Source: Callorhinchus milii (Eukaryota). From it: a DNA stretch of 64,000 nucleotides. The translations under genes were made by a program, and so were the position numbers. Under the pieces are notes generated by a model. The model had not been told where the DNA came from. It searched no databases and saw only the letters and a program-made list of their open reading frames with translations. Below are positions 52,250 to 64,000 of this stretch, one piece after another. The stretch lies in the NCBI RefSeq assembly GCF_018977255.1, contig NW_024704743.1:85004001-85068000 (forward strand), read 5' to 3'. Every line of letters begins with the position of its first letter. Within the stretch, counting starts at the first letter, position 1.

Positions 52250-54310
52250 GAATCAAGAAGGCCCTTTAGCCCATTTGAATTCATCCTTCCAGAATACCTA
52301 CCTGACCGATCTCGTAGTATCGAGCTTTTTTTAAATGAGTACAGCGTCCTAGCCTCAACCATGCTCTCTGTCATCAATTATCCTCTGGGTCAATAAATAA
52401 TTCTTAGTGTTTGTCCTCAAATTTCTCTTTGCAACCCTAATCCTGTATTTTATTGTTCTGCTGTCTCGGTGCATCCAAAAGTACTGTATTGTTCTGAATT
52501 TACTTTCTCAGTGGCATTTAAATCTTATATTCCTTCTATAAAATTCCTGAGACAGCTCCTCTTAAGACTGAAAAGAACCTAGCTTGCCTTATTTCTCTAA
52601 CAATGGGGTTCATCCTCATTGCTCTTAACACACAGAAGGCTGTTGTGGTTAAAGTCAAGGAGCTGCTGACAGCTGATTGTGCTGTTCACTTATTCCTCTT
52701 TATCTCTGTAGCCAAATTTATTTTAGTTTTGTTGGCTAGTACAAGTATTTTTTTACCCATTCAGACATTTTTCTGAAAATGCAGACTCATACATATTGAT
52801 CTAGCTCTGGTGATAGATCATCTCCAGATACCTTATGCATTTAGATCTCTTCCGGATGTCATAGCAATGAGATGGCAGCAGCAGTAAAACTATACCTGCC
52901 TAAACCATTTTCAATAGGAGATACAATTACCTTCCTGTTTACTCAGAGAGGGAGCAAATTAAACAGGATTCTAGAACAGATGGTGCAATAGGTTTAGTAT
53001 TTAGCTATCCACCAAGAATGACTAGTGAACTGGAAGGCAGTGAACTCTTTGATTCTTGTGATCATTATAGGGTTAGATTTGATATCCAAGTAAATGTTGG
53101 TCCACAATTAATAACATGTATGTAACAGACTATAGGAGTACAATTTGGAGCTATTCAGAGATTTCTTACAGAAATAAGTGGGAAGTATAATATCTGTTAA
53201 TTTCACGTAAGTCTTAAGGAAATGCTTGAAAACATTATACATACAGTATTATAAATGTTTGTTTAAAGAGCTTAAATATAATGATTAGTCCGTGTGGATT
53301 TAGAAGCAATAGGTCATGCATTTCTGATGTACTGGAATTCTTTAAAGACAAAACTAAATTGAACTGGCCTGCTTGGAAGAGATAAATCAATTATCTAACA
53401 TGAATTATTCAATGCATAGAAATTGCTGGATTTCAGAAGGAATTTGCTAGTGTTCCACATATGAGTCTTCATGGCAAATCAACAAGTTGTATTGAAATTT
53501 AGTTTTAGTATGGAGAGCAAAACATGTTGATAAGGGACAGTTTTGATGTTTAGGATAACAACTTCTGCATGGATTTATTCTAGGTCCCTTTTTACTTATC
53601 TAGAGTGTATAATATTATAATATTTTCATTACTGTAAAGTTGAATCTATTAGGGCATAAGACAAGAGAAGTTGATAATGTTCAAAGGGAGCTGAACAAAT
53701 TGTGTATTGGCTAACAAATGAATATTTAAGGTAGGTAACTTGATGAACACTCTGACATGCACTATGCACTTGCCTTGTTCATTTGGNAAAAAAGACTAGA
53801 GTGGGAATATTGATCAATCCATAAAAGTCCATTCAATGGGAAGCTACTAACCACAGAGCTAATGAAGTAAATACTTCAAGAGCATTTGATCCACAAGAAA
53901 CACAAGTGAAACAAGAGAAGGCACAAGAGACATGAGTAAAACAATTAGAAAAATCCAAATGAGAATTGAGATTAAAATATCTGCCTCCCTATCTCCGGGA
54001 GAAGGAAAATTAAGTTAGTTAAGAAAAAGAACAGGAACAAAGGTTATAGATATGGACAGAGATCTATGGGAAATGGCTGCTTCTGTGCTGCTGGGAATGG
54101 GAAAGATCATCTGTGGAAAGTAACTGGTCAAAAATGATTAAAGCAAAACATGGTATAAGTTCAATGAATATTCTGCGTTTTTCTTCTTTGTGTGGATCAG
54201 GGAGTAACTACAAAACGTTCACTCACAAGGAGCCATGAAAACTTTATTTGTATATGTAGAAAAGCAGGCTTGATGAGTTGAATCATGAATGTCCTTCCTC
54301 GTTCCAAGCT
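52250..54310. mobile_element. Highly decayed CR1 fragments (minus 52250-52630, plus about 53100-54310)
   Basis: LDFRRNLLVFH-like remnant of LDFxKAFDxVPH near 53425 and CR1-like 3'UTR motifs; boundaries uncertain. Confidence 0.45.
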
Positions 54311-54818
54311 TTTTAATATATTTTAATGATTTAGGAATAAAGAACAGTTATTAAAAGGTGCATAAGGAGCCAAAGTGATTTTAGAGCAATTGGGAAATCC
54401 AATCATCCAAATCTTTTGTGGTCATATAATGCATACTAGAAGGTATGTTTTTCCATTCACTCGTCTATGAAATAACATTTGGAATCTCTGCAGAATGAGC
54501 CATTAGTACGTCAGTACTGCAGTGTAACAAGTATGGCATAATTCTACTGGAATTCGATGTGTGTGCTATTATTACAAAATTCTGCCTTGCGTTTGAAGTT
54601 GAATTACTGTCGCAGAACACTAACTTGTTCAACTGGTTAAAGAAAACCTTGCTCTGTATATTTTAGATACAAATACTCAGGTAGCAGTGTTTTTCAAGAC
54701 AGTAACACATATGGAGTTCAGATGCTGCTCACATATTTTATGATGTCTGAACCCACTCCATCTCCCCCTCCCAGCTTGGTGCATTGCTATACAGTATTAT
54801 ATCTTGTTTCTTGTGTCT

Positions 54819-55290
54819 TAATAATCCTTGCATTTGATATAATGTCTTATAACACTTCCGAAACGACTCAAGGCACATCACAGGGATTACTGTAAAGTGT
54901 GTGATTGTATTTTGCAGGTGAATGCGGCAGCCAGTTTGCATGTGGCAGTGCCCTTGTATAAGTGAATGATCAATTTTATCCGGGGGATTGTAGGCCAGCA
55001 CACAGGGAGAAAAAACTCCCTTTTCAAAAAGGACTAAGCAACCTGAACAGGCAGATAGGACTTTGATTTAACATTTCATCCAAAGGATGGCACCTTCTGA
55101 CAATGCAATGCTCTCCCAGCATTAGATTGTCAGCCTGGACTATGTGCTCAAAGTCCCAACATGGATCTTCAAACCATAAACTTTTGACTCAGATGAGAGA
55201 GCTCCCAATTGCAGTGCCCACCTAGATTATGAGCTCTGGTGTGGGGCTCAAACTTATAATGTTCTGAATTATATGTAAACTGAGCCAAAC
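54819..55290 (-). mobile_element. Older DeuSINE with partly duplicated head
   Basis: Reverse complement of the 34660-35157 family from tail to AACTGAGCCAAACTG. Confidence 0.8.
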
Positions 55291-55869
55291 TGCAGCAAAT
55301 TAGTTTATCGATTGTCCCACTGCACATAAAACGTTTCAGTGGAATATAAAACTCTTATCCAGAGGCTATTTTATTCATTACACAATGCAGTATAAATAAT
55401 AATAATCCCAGCATTTGAATAAATGAATGATGTGATTGTTAAAACTCAGGAAACTAGATATAGATCATTTATTAATATATTGTATTGTGTTACGAATAGT
55501 AGTTAGCACTGAGCATGGAAATTATGATGGAATCTTGAATTATGCCAATTTTAATAATCCACCAATTTTAATTATCCATATTGGGTGTCCTCTCCAGCCA
55601 AAGATTAAAAAGATCATCTTGTGCACTTATCCTAGAGACATTATCTCCTTCAAAGAAGATTGCCAGTCAAACAGATTTCTTATGGGTGTTCAGATTTTCA
55701 ATTGAGGTTTGTATTTTTGAAAACTGAATTGGGTTGGATTCAGTTGTTGCAAGCATCGGAATGCACTAATGACTGAATAAGCTCCGCACATGTAATCTAA
55801 GCGGAGGCAACTGAAGCCTTGGTCTCTCCTGTTATGTTCTGGCTTGGTTTCTAGCAATAATTATTTACC

Positions 55870-56230
55870 TGTTGGTCAGAACATCATGGATTCAAGCTCC
55901 ATATTGGGACTTGAGCTCACAATCTCGGCTGATGCTCTAGCTTTAATTGACAGAGATGCATCCTTCATATGAGACATGAAACAAAGATCCCTCTACCTGT
56001 TCTTCAGGTACACATTAATGATCCACAACATGATTCAAAAAGGAAGAGGAAATTTCTCCCAATGTCCTGGCTAGCTATCCTCCAGATAAATTGATCATTT
56101 CACCTTCTGGCTATTCGTGCGACCTTGCTCTGCGCAAACTGGCTGCCATACTTCCCTACAAAAAGATTCACTACACTTGGCAGTAATTATCTGTAAAACA
56201 TCTTGAGACATTACGATATAAGGCATATTA
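55870..56230 (+). mobile_element. Older DeuSINE
   Basis: GGATTCAAGCTCC...GTCCTGGCTAGCTATCCTCCAGATAAATTG...TGCTCTGCGCAAACTGGCTGCC. Confidence 0.75.
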
Positions 56231-57024
56231 AAAAAAAGTTTTTCATGATGTGTGGTACAGAACAATATGTGTGCAGATAAACACTCTAATGAGGCGGAGC
56301 ATATGGCACTAATAAATTGTTTTGGTGCATATCTGCCTTCCCCCGCCCCACCCCCAGCCCCTTGCAGGTGTATCCTGTGACTGCCTATGAGAATGGGATC
56401 TATGAAAAACAAACCATCTAACTTTTGCTTAATTCTCCATCTGTGCATAAATTGAAGTTGAGTAATAGCATGAGTTTAAAGGGCATTACACTTCATCTAA
56501 GAAGTGAACTTTGGATCAGAAGCCTGACTTACATAGAGCTTTAAACAGTGAAGGGATTTTGGGACCCCATTTTGCCACTGGCGTGAGAAGCCTAAATCTC
56601 TTTGAAAATACCACAACTATGTTGTGAAGAGGAAACCACAGGCATCAAAGTTGTAAATGGGATCCTAAAAAAACAACTTTCTTTCCTTGTCACCATTTTC
56701 TGCCAAACACCCACAACTATGGCTAATAATAGCTTCAGCTTCTCTCGGTTTCAACAGTTTATGCCACCACAGCTATACAAAAGAGCAGAACTGTAAACTA
56801 AACTGTGAACGAGTGTGGGCAGAAAGGTCACTACTACTGAAGTCATCTTTGTTTCGGTTATTGCAGCTCAGCAATGTTCTTGTTCCTGAACACTGGAATG
56901 GATTCCACCTACTTATTTTAACATAGAATCTGAGCTATTACAGACGTGGCTCTTATCATGATTAACAGTCCGATCTGTCTGGTCCAATTCAAATTAAACT
57001 CCCCAAACATCCAAAACTCAGACA

Positions 57025-57478
57025 TAAGCACTTTGAAACGTCTCAAAGACGTGATAAGGCACTATATCAAATGCAAAGATTATTATTCACAAAGTAATAC
57101 CTGATATCTGAGATGCATTTCATTTTTAGGCTTTCTTCATTCCATTACACAAATTGCCACCTCTTCCCATTGTATAACTGCTGTGCACAATTTGGCTGCC
57201 GTGTTTCGCCCACAAATATACAGTCACTTCACTTTACAGTATATTCTGTGAAGCGCTTTGAGACATCTAAAAGATTTGACAAGGTGCTATATCAAAGACA
57301 AGGATTATTATTACTATTATTATTGTGATTAAGAGACCAGATGGTACAAAATTACACAGGATTGAGAAAGTGAATTTAAAACACAGAGAATGCAAATAAG
57401 GTCATGGGATTAGACCCTTTGAGACATTTAGACAATGTGATCAGGTGCTATATCAAATACAAGTGTTATTATTTATTA
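57025..57478 (+). mobile_element. Three successive SINE 3' tails/fragments
   Basis: Tails at 57025-57087, 57178-57323 (with Deu motif) and 57417-57478. Confidence 0.8.
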
Positions 57479-57695
57479 ATTTTGTTCGCATCACTGTGGA
57501 AATAAGTTTACCCAATGTTCACAGCACAAATATATTTCTGAGACGTACAACAGTGAACAATATCATAAATGTACAATTATAAAACAACCTAAAGAAACAA
57601 AAGTTATTTTTGCAAGAGCATATCAATAAAATAAATACAAATAATAATAATCCTTGAATTTGGTACAATGCCTTTCACATGAGGAGGATGTCTCA

Positions 57696-58553
57696 GTTGA
57701 ACCTCAACAAGACGGAAGCCCTCCTGATTGGCTCCCGTCAGCACCTCCTCACCTCAGGCGCTGACAGCATCACCATCCATGGTTGCACACTCCATCTTGC
57801 TAAGCCAGTCCAGAACCTTGGTGTCTTGTTTGACCTTCAATTATCCTTTCTACTCCACATTTGCGTCATGACCTGCACTGCCTTCCCCCACTTCTGCAAC
57901 GTCACCAGCTCCGCCACCGTCTCACACCGCAGGCCCCCGAAACCCTCATACATGCTTTCATTACATCGAGGCTTGACTATGCAAGCTCATTGCTTGTCGG
58001 CCTCCCCAACTCCTCCCTCCACAGGCTGCAGATCATCCAGAACTCTGCAGACTGTGTCCTCTCCCGCACTAGGCTCCGCAATACTATCACCCCCATCCTT
58101 GCCCAACTCCACTGGCTTCCCATCACACAGAGGATACAGTTCAAGATCCTGGTCCTCCCCTTCAAAGCCCTCCACGGTCTTGCTCCCCCTACCTCTGCGA
58201 CCTCCTAACCCCCTATCATCCTCTTCACTCCCTCCATTCAGCGGGCTCCAGCCTGCTTCACGTCCTCTGCCTCGCTCGCCCCACTATTGGCGGGCGGGCT
58301 TCTGCCACTCTGCCCTCCACCCTCTGGAACTCCATCCCGCAGTCCCTCCACCTCTCCCCTCCCCCCCCACCCCTTGCCATCTTCAAGACTCATCAAGACC
58401 CTCCTCTTCGATCGTGCTTTCGGTCTCCCTGCTTCCCACACTGGTCTCCACCCTCCCCCACCCCGACCCCCAGGGTCGGTAACTATGTCTGTCCAGTGCC
58501 TTGGGATGTCTTCCCGACGTGAAAGGCACTTTACAAATGTAATTTTGTTGTGT
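57696..58553 (+). mobile_element. L2 LINE 3' fragment inserted into a minus-strand DeuSINE
   Basis: QLNLNKTEALL, NLGVLFD, LIHAFITSRLDY, LAQLHWLPITQRIQFK. TGTCTCA duplicated at 57689-57695 and 58554-58560; host SINE at 57641-57695 and 58554-58803. Confidence 0.95.
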
Positions 58554-59251
58554 TGTCTCAAAATGCTTCACAAGATTTACTACAAAGTGCAGTGACTGCA
58601 TATCCGTAGGCAAACATGGCAGCCCATTTGTGGATAACAATATCTCACAAACAACCATGAGGTGAATGACCAGTCTTATTTGGGAGATTGTTGACCACAT
58701 CACTGGTAGAAACTCCCTTCTCTTTTTGAATAGCGCCATGTGATCTTCAACATCCACCTTAACCAGCAGACAGGACCTCAGTTTAATGTCTTATCTGAAG
58801 GCTGAGGGGTATTCATAACCTGATGGATAAATACAATTGCAGCCCCTAATTCACCTCTTTATCTTTGTTTTCCTATTTTGAGCTCAGTCGTGCTCTCCCT
58901 CAGTCTCTCTATATCTAGCAGTCATGTATATTTTTACCAAGATCAGTAATGTTTAATTTTGTAGCAAGTAGACAGATGTTACTGGATATGAAAGGTGATG
59001 TATTCTTGTTGCTGCAAATTGGAACAACAGTAATCTGAGCGGTTCAGATATCCGCTACCCCTGCCAATCACAATCTCCACATATCAGGGGAAACGTAATG
59101 TTTCATTATAGATTCAATATCATAATTAGTACTTTAAATCTGGTATAAAATGTTGTATGTTGAATGTTTCTAAAAACGATATAGTGTGTCCAAGTTCTTT
59201 TCTAATTGACTACCCATTAGCATATGCCTCTTTACTCCTCGTCTCCAGCAT

Positions 59252-59793
59252 TGTTTTCAAGATCCTCATCCTCACCTACAAGGCCATTCACGGCCTTGCT
59301 CCCTCCTACCTCTCCGACCTACTATCCCCCTACCTACCTGCCCGTACCCTCCGTTCCTCTGGCTCCGGTCTGCTCCACGTCCCCCGCCCCAATCGCCCTA
59401 CCATCGGTGGTCGGGCCTTCAGCCTCTCAGCCCCCAGGCTCTGGAACTCTATCCCCCAGTGCCTTCGCCTTGCTTCCTCCCTTTCCTCCTTCAAGGCCGG
59501 TCTCAAAACCTTTCTCTTTGACCGAGCCTTCAGCTCCCCTCTCGACTCTCTTCCCCCTCCTCGCTCCCTCCCTTCCCTCCCCTTACCCTGACCATTTCCC
59601 CCTCCTCGCTCCCTCCCTTCCCTCCCCTCACCCTGACCATTTCCCCCCTCCTCGCTCCCTCCTTCCCTCCCCTCACCCTGACCATTTCCCCCCTGCTCGG
59701 GTCATGACCCAACTGTGCAGCGCCTTGGGACGTCCTCCTGACGTGAAAGGCGCTTTATAAATGGAATCTTGTTGTTGTTGTTGTTGTTGTTGT
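59252..59793 (+). mobile_element. Young L2 LINE 3' end with 3 x 45-bp tandem repeat in the 3'UTR
   Basis: FKILILTYKAIHGLAPSYLSDLL...GGRAFS...LWNSIP...FKAGLKTFLF; repeat units at 59551-59685; (TTG)n tail. Confidence 0.97.
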
Positions 59794-59844
59794 GCTGATT
59801 CATTGTACGGTTCCTGGATGCTGATTGCCTTCTGGTAGCCTGCC

Positions 59845-61221
59845 CAACAACAACAACAACTTGGATTTATATAGCACCCTCCACGCCGGACGGCGTCTCA
59901 GAGCACTTCACAGTAATGGATCCCGGGGCCAAGCCAGGGGGAGAAGGAGGAAGGTGACCAAAGGCACGGTCGAAAAGAGAGGTCTTCAGCCGAGACCTGA
60001 AAATAGGAAAAGAGGGGGTGAGGCGAAGGGAGTGAGGAAGGGAGTTCCAGAGCCTGGGAACGTAGTGGCTGAAGGCACAGCCACCGATGGTGAAGCAGAG
60101 GATTCGGGGGACAAGGAGGAGGCCAGACCCGGTGGAGCGAAGGCAACGGGCACTGTTATAAGGAGAGAGGAGATCAGAGAGGTAGGTGGTTGCAGAGGAG
60201 TGGAGGGATTTGAAGACAAGAGTGAGGATCTTGAAGTCAATCCTCTCTGGGACAGGCAGCCAGTGCAGTCAGGCAAGGACTGGGGTAATCGTGGAGCGGA
60301 GTTTGGTGCGGGTAAGAATGCGGGCAGCAGAGTTTTGGATGACCTGGATTTTATGAATGGTAGTGGATGTGAGACCGGCGAGGAGGGCATTAGAATAGTC
60401 CAGCCGAGAGGTGACAAAGGCATGGACCAGGGTTTCAGCAGCGTTTGGGGTGAGGTATTGGCGGAGACGGGCGATGCGTCGGAGGTGGAAGAAAGCGGTG
60501 CTGGTGAGGCTCTGGATGTGGAGAAGGAAGGATAATTGGGGGTCGAACCTGACGCCTAAGTTGCGTACGGATTTGGAGAGTTTTAGGGGAGGTCGGGTAG
60601 GTGGAGGAGGTGAGAACCATGTGATTTTAGACGTTGATGAGAGCCAAAGTATAAGTCTTCCGTCTTGTCAACATTTAGCTGAAGGAAATTCACGCTCATC
60701 CAGCTCCTGATGTCTGATAGAACATCAGGGGTTTGGGGGTCGCAAAGTGAGGTGGAAAAATGGAGTTGGGTGTCGTCCGCATACATGTGCTAAGCTACGA
60801 AGTTCATATGCAAAACTAGCTCTCATCCACTTATCTACAGGATATCTACAATCCTGCAATAGATGAGATGTTAAACCAAGGATCCATCTGGCTGTTCAGG
60901 TCAACGTTAAAGATTCGTGGAGTCCTGTAGCTCAGTGGTTAGAGCACTCGCTTTGCAAGCGAGAGACCTGAGTTCAATTCCAGGCAGAGGGCGAAACCTT
61001 GGGCAAGTTTCCTTACTCCACACGCCTAATAATAATCCCTCCAAAACCAAAAACAATAATAAATTGGTCATTTTCAATCTACGACTGTTTGTGGGTCATT
61101 GCTGTGCCCAATTGGCTGCCCCGTTCACCCACAAATATACAGTCAATTCACTTTTCAGTGTGTTCTGTGAAGCGCTTTGATACGTCCTCCCGACGTGAAA
61201 AGCGCTATATCAAATGCAAGG

Positions 61222-61271
<50 letters not shown>

Positions 61272-61588
61272 GTGGAAGTGTACCCCAAGTCTGCGGATGA
61301 CATCCCCAAAAAGGAGTATACAGATGAGGAAAGGGCCAAGGATGGATCTTTGGGGTACCCCACAGGTAACTGAGAGCGGGAGGAAAAGCCGTTTGTGCAG
61401 ATGTACTGCTGGCAGTTCGTGAGGTAGGACTCGAACCAGGCGAGTGCGGTCCCACTGAGGTGGATGACGGAGGAAAAACTGTGAAGGAGGATGGCGTGAT
61501 CGACTGTGTCGAAAGCGGCGGAGAGGTCCAGGAGGACAAGAAGGCAGAGGGAGCCCTGGTCACAGATAGAGAGGAGTGGTCATTGTTC
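59845..61588 (-). mobile_element. L2 LINE (RT to 3' end), interrupted at the FH|MYADD motif
   Basis: Minus strand LVLLDLSAAFDTVDH, GVPQRSILGP, GVHFH (61271-61560) joins MYADDTQL (60786 downward); (CAA)n tail at 59845. Confidence 0.95.
60917..61269 (+). mobile_element. Young tRNA-Deu SINE with long (TTA)n tail
   Basis: Near-identical to 13640-13954; long TTA run 61222-61270. Confidence 0.97.
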
Positions 61589-61889
61589 ACGCATGAGCCT
61601 TGGCAATGAGTACTGGCAGACCACTTGACCTTTCCTCATACAGATGCTTCCTCTCCCCCTGCCCCCCACCTGCCCAACACACACACAAAACACATGGCCA
61701 GCAGATGGTGCTATAGAAGGACCAGTACAAGTAAACTCTGGCTGATTTTAACCATCCTAACTCGGGGAAGACTTGGGTCAATTTAGCCTCCCCATCCTGA
61801 GACCAGCAAACTCAGCACCACAACCATGATTCAAACCAGTGAGCTCCTGGTCCACTGCACCATCAGGACTGCCTTCACATTGAATTTTG

Positions 61890-62462
61890 TTATCCATGGA
61901 TGCACACTCCACCTCACTGAGCCAGTCAGGAACCTAAGCATCTTGTTGGACCCTCAACTGTCCTTTCTCCCCAACATCCATGCCAGGACCCGCTCTTTAT
62001 TCCCCTACCTCCGCAACATAGCCCGGCTCAGCCACTGCCTCATTCCTCAGGCTGCTGAAATCCTCATTCACGCTTTCATCCAATCTAGGCTCGACTATGC
62101 AAACTCCCTGCTTGTGGGGCTTCCCTCTGCAATCGAGTTCCCGCAGACAGTACAGCTCAAAATCGTCCACCCAGCCCGCCCCACCATCAGCAGTCAGGTC
62201 TTCAGTCTCACCGCCCTCACGCTTTGGAACCCCATCCCACATTTCCTTCGCCTCACCCCTTCCTTTGCCTCCTTCAAGGCTCGTCTCAAGATCATCCCCT
62301 TGGACTGTGCATTCAGCCACCCTCTTATGCTCCTGCCCTCCACCCTCCCTTACCCCAAAACCACTCCCCTGCTTGGGTCCAAATTCGTGACTGTCCAGCA
62401 TCTTGGGACGTCCTTCCGACGTGAAAGGCGCTATACAAATGTAATTTTGTATTGTATTTTGT
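61890..62462 (+). mobile_element. L2 LINE 3' fragment with internal deletion
   Basis: ORF 61826-62497: VRNLSILLDPQLSF, LRNIARL, LIHAFIQSRLDYANSLL, LWNPIP; stem-loop tail at 62400-62435. Confidence 0.92.
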
Positions 62463-64000
62463 TTCGTATTTTTCCCACTAATAATATACGTCACTAGTTC
62501 AAGGCAACAGGTAACACATCCAAAATTGTGCAATACTGAGATTTTTTTGTTTGTTTAACACAGCAACACAATTATTGATCACTGTTTTCTCGAATGTGCT
62601 GCTGCACATTATCAAGCAGAACTGTCCTTAAAGCCACTTGTATGATTGACGAGATTCCTAATCCAAACATTCACTCATCCAGATGATGGTTGATAGCACA
62701 CAGTTCAAATGTGTGGCGGTGAAGTGTATTTGTTGATTTTAGACATGTCGTTTGATTTACGCTTTGCTCAGCAGAATGTACATTGGATTGGCATGTGTTT
62801 TGTGGGGCGCCATTGCCAGCTGGCCTGCTGTACTGTCTTAATCAACTTTTGTTTCACTCAACCATGTCCAACACTCCTTCTGATCTTGTTGATGAAAAGC
62901 ACTCAGGCTGTTCCCCATGAGAATCATCTCAAGGAATATTAAGGATCTCATTGCTCACATGTTGTGACACATTTACAGTAACACAGTTATGCATTTGTTT
63001 TCCATGCATTTCATTTGGAAAAAGCATTATTGACTGTGGATTTTGTTTTTCGATTGGGAACCTACCTGAAGTGCCAAAGTAGTCCTATAGACAAAGACGA
63101 CAACAACCACAACTTGCATTTATATAGCGCCCTTCAGACCAGACATCCTCTTGGACCGCTTGAAGACCAATGTACACCATGAAAGTTGAAAAGAAGAGCA
63201 GAAAAATCCAAAAGTGGTTTGGTTAGAGAGAGGCATTTAATATACTGTAGAATTGTTAAGGATTTCTAAATATTAAATCAAGACCATAATTAGATGAGTT
63301 CATGCCAATCTGTAAAAGTTTCATTCCAATGTGATCGCTTGCCAAGGCTGTCAAAACAGAGTAGTTGTATGTTGGCATGACCCACATCTACTTACCAACA
63401 GGATTCAAAATTTACAAACCCTTTGTGAATCCAGACTGTGACTCTCTCTCTTTGGAACCCAGAGGGAGCAATGGAGACGACGCAGAGAGCACAGGAGAAA
63501 TGTCTGGTTACCATCTCAAAACAATGGAACATCTTCGTACATTATTAAGTAAGCCATGGAGGACAGAGAAAGAGGGAGAAATCAACTAGGGTGCTCCTTT
63601 CTGAAATGGCCCCGCTAGAAATCCTTTTTTGTTGCCGTCATTGTAGAGCGGATCAGACTTGACTGTGAGTTTTCTCCCCCCCCACCCACCCATGCTACAT
63701 AGGGGTCTCACACATGAAGAATGGGTACTTGTGTGGGAGTAGAGACCTACAGCTATAGAAGCCTTCTTTGCCTCAGTGCCTTCTTTGTAGGAGAGAGGAT
63801 GAAAGTATCCCATTTGTTGGGCAGAGGGTCAAGAAGTGTAGCAGCTGCAGCATCTTTTGAGGGTCAAAACTGTCACAATAACCATGAGGCTGAATGCTCC
63901 ACATTCGGGTAATGCATAACTGTAAGTAGTTTATGTTTACTTCAACTTGAAGCTTAATTGACTGCCTCATTGTCTTTACTCTGTCGTTGCTACTGCTTGT

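Noticed and set aside
52154..52396. Exon after TGCAG acceptor
   Set aside because: The second half is an antisense CR1 3' remnant and no convincing donor or protein similarity was seen.
57025..57478. CRISPR-like array of recurring palindromic repeats
   Set aside because: Repeats are divergent SINE/L2 tails with irregular spacing in eukaryotic DNA; no cas genes.
57679..60786. Long overlapping ORFs as host genes
   Set aside because: All fall within L2 LINE fragments or their antisense strand.

Overview
AT-rich, repeat-dense vertebrate genomic DNA (intergenic or large-intron character) with no recognisable host protein-coding gene, rRNA, true tRNA or CRISPR array. The repeat set points to a cartilaginous fish, plausibly a holocephalan such as Callorhinchus milii; this is inferred from recalled repeat families and was not verified. 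The window holds three near-identical young tRNA(Ala)-headed Deu-domain SINEs, many older DeuSINE copies and L2 LINE 3' fragments that share a 3' stem-loop with the SINEs. It also has a 1.3 kb CR1 fragment and a 2.4 kb Penelope-like element (RT + GIY-YIG) ending in a degenerate hammerhead ribozyme. Smaller elements are a fold-back Penelope terminal repeat with a 12-bp TSD, a decayed R4/Dong-like RLE retrotransposon abutting the (TAA)n tail of a SINE, and hAT and Tigger-type MITEs. Several homeodomain-motif-rich unique blocks look like conserved non-coding enhancers. I found no convincing novel multi-gene system. The most interesting signals are retroelement mechanics: a hammerhead, a covarying SINE/LINE stem-loop, an apparent 5' transduction, nested insertions and a complex inverted duplication.
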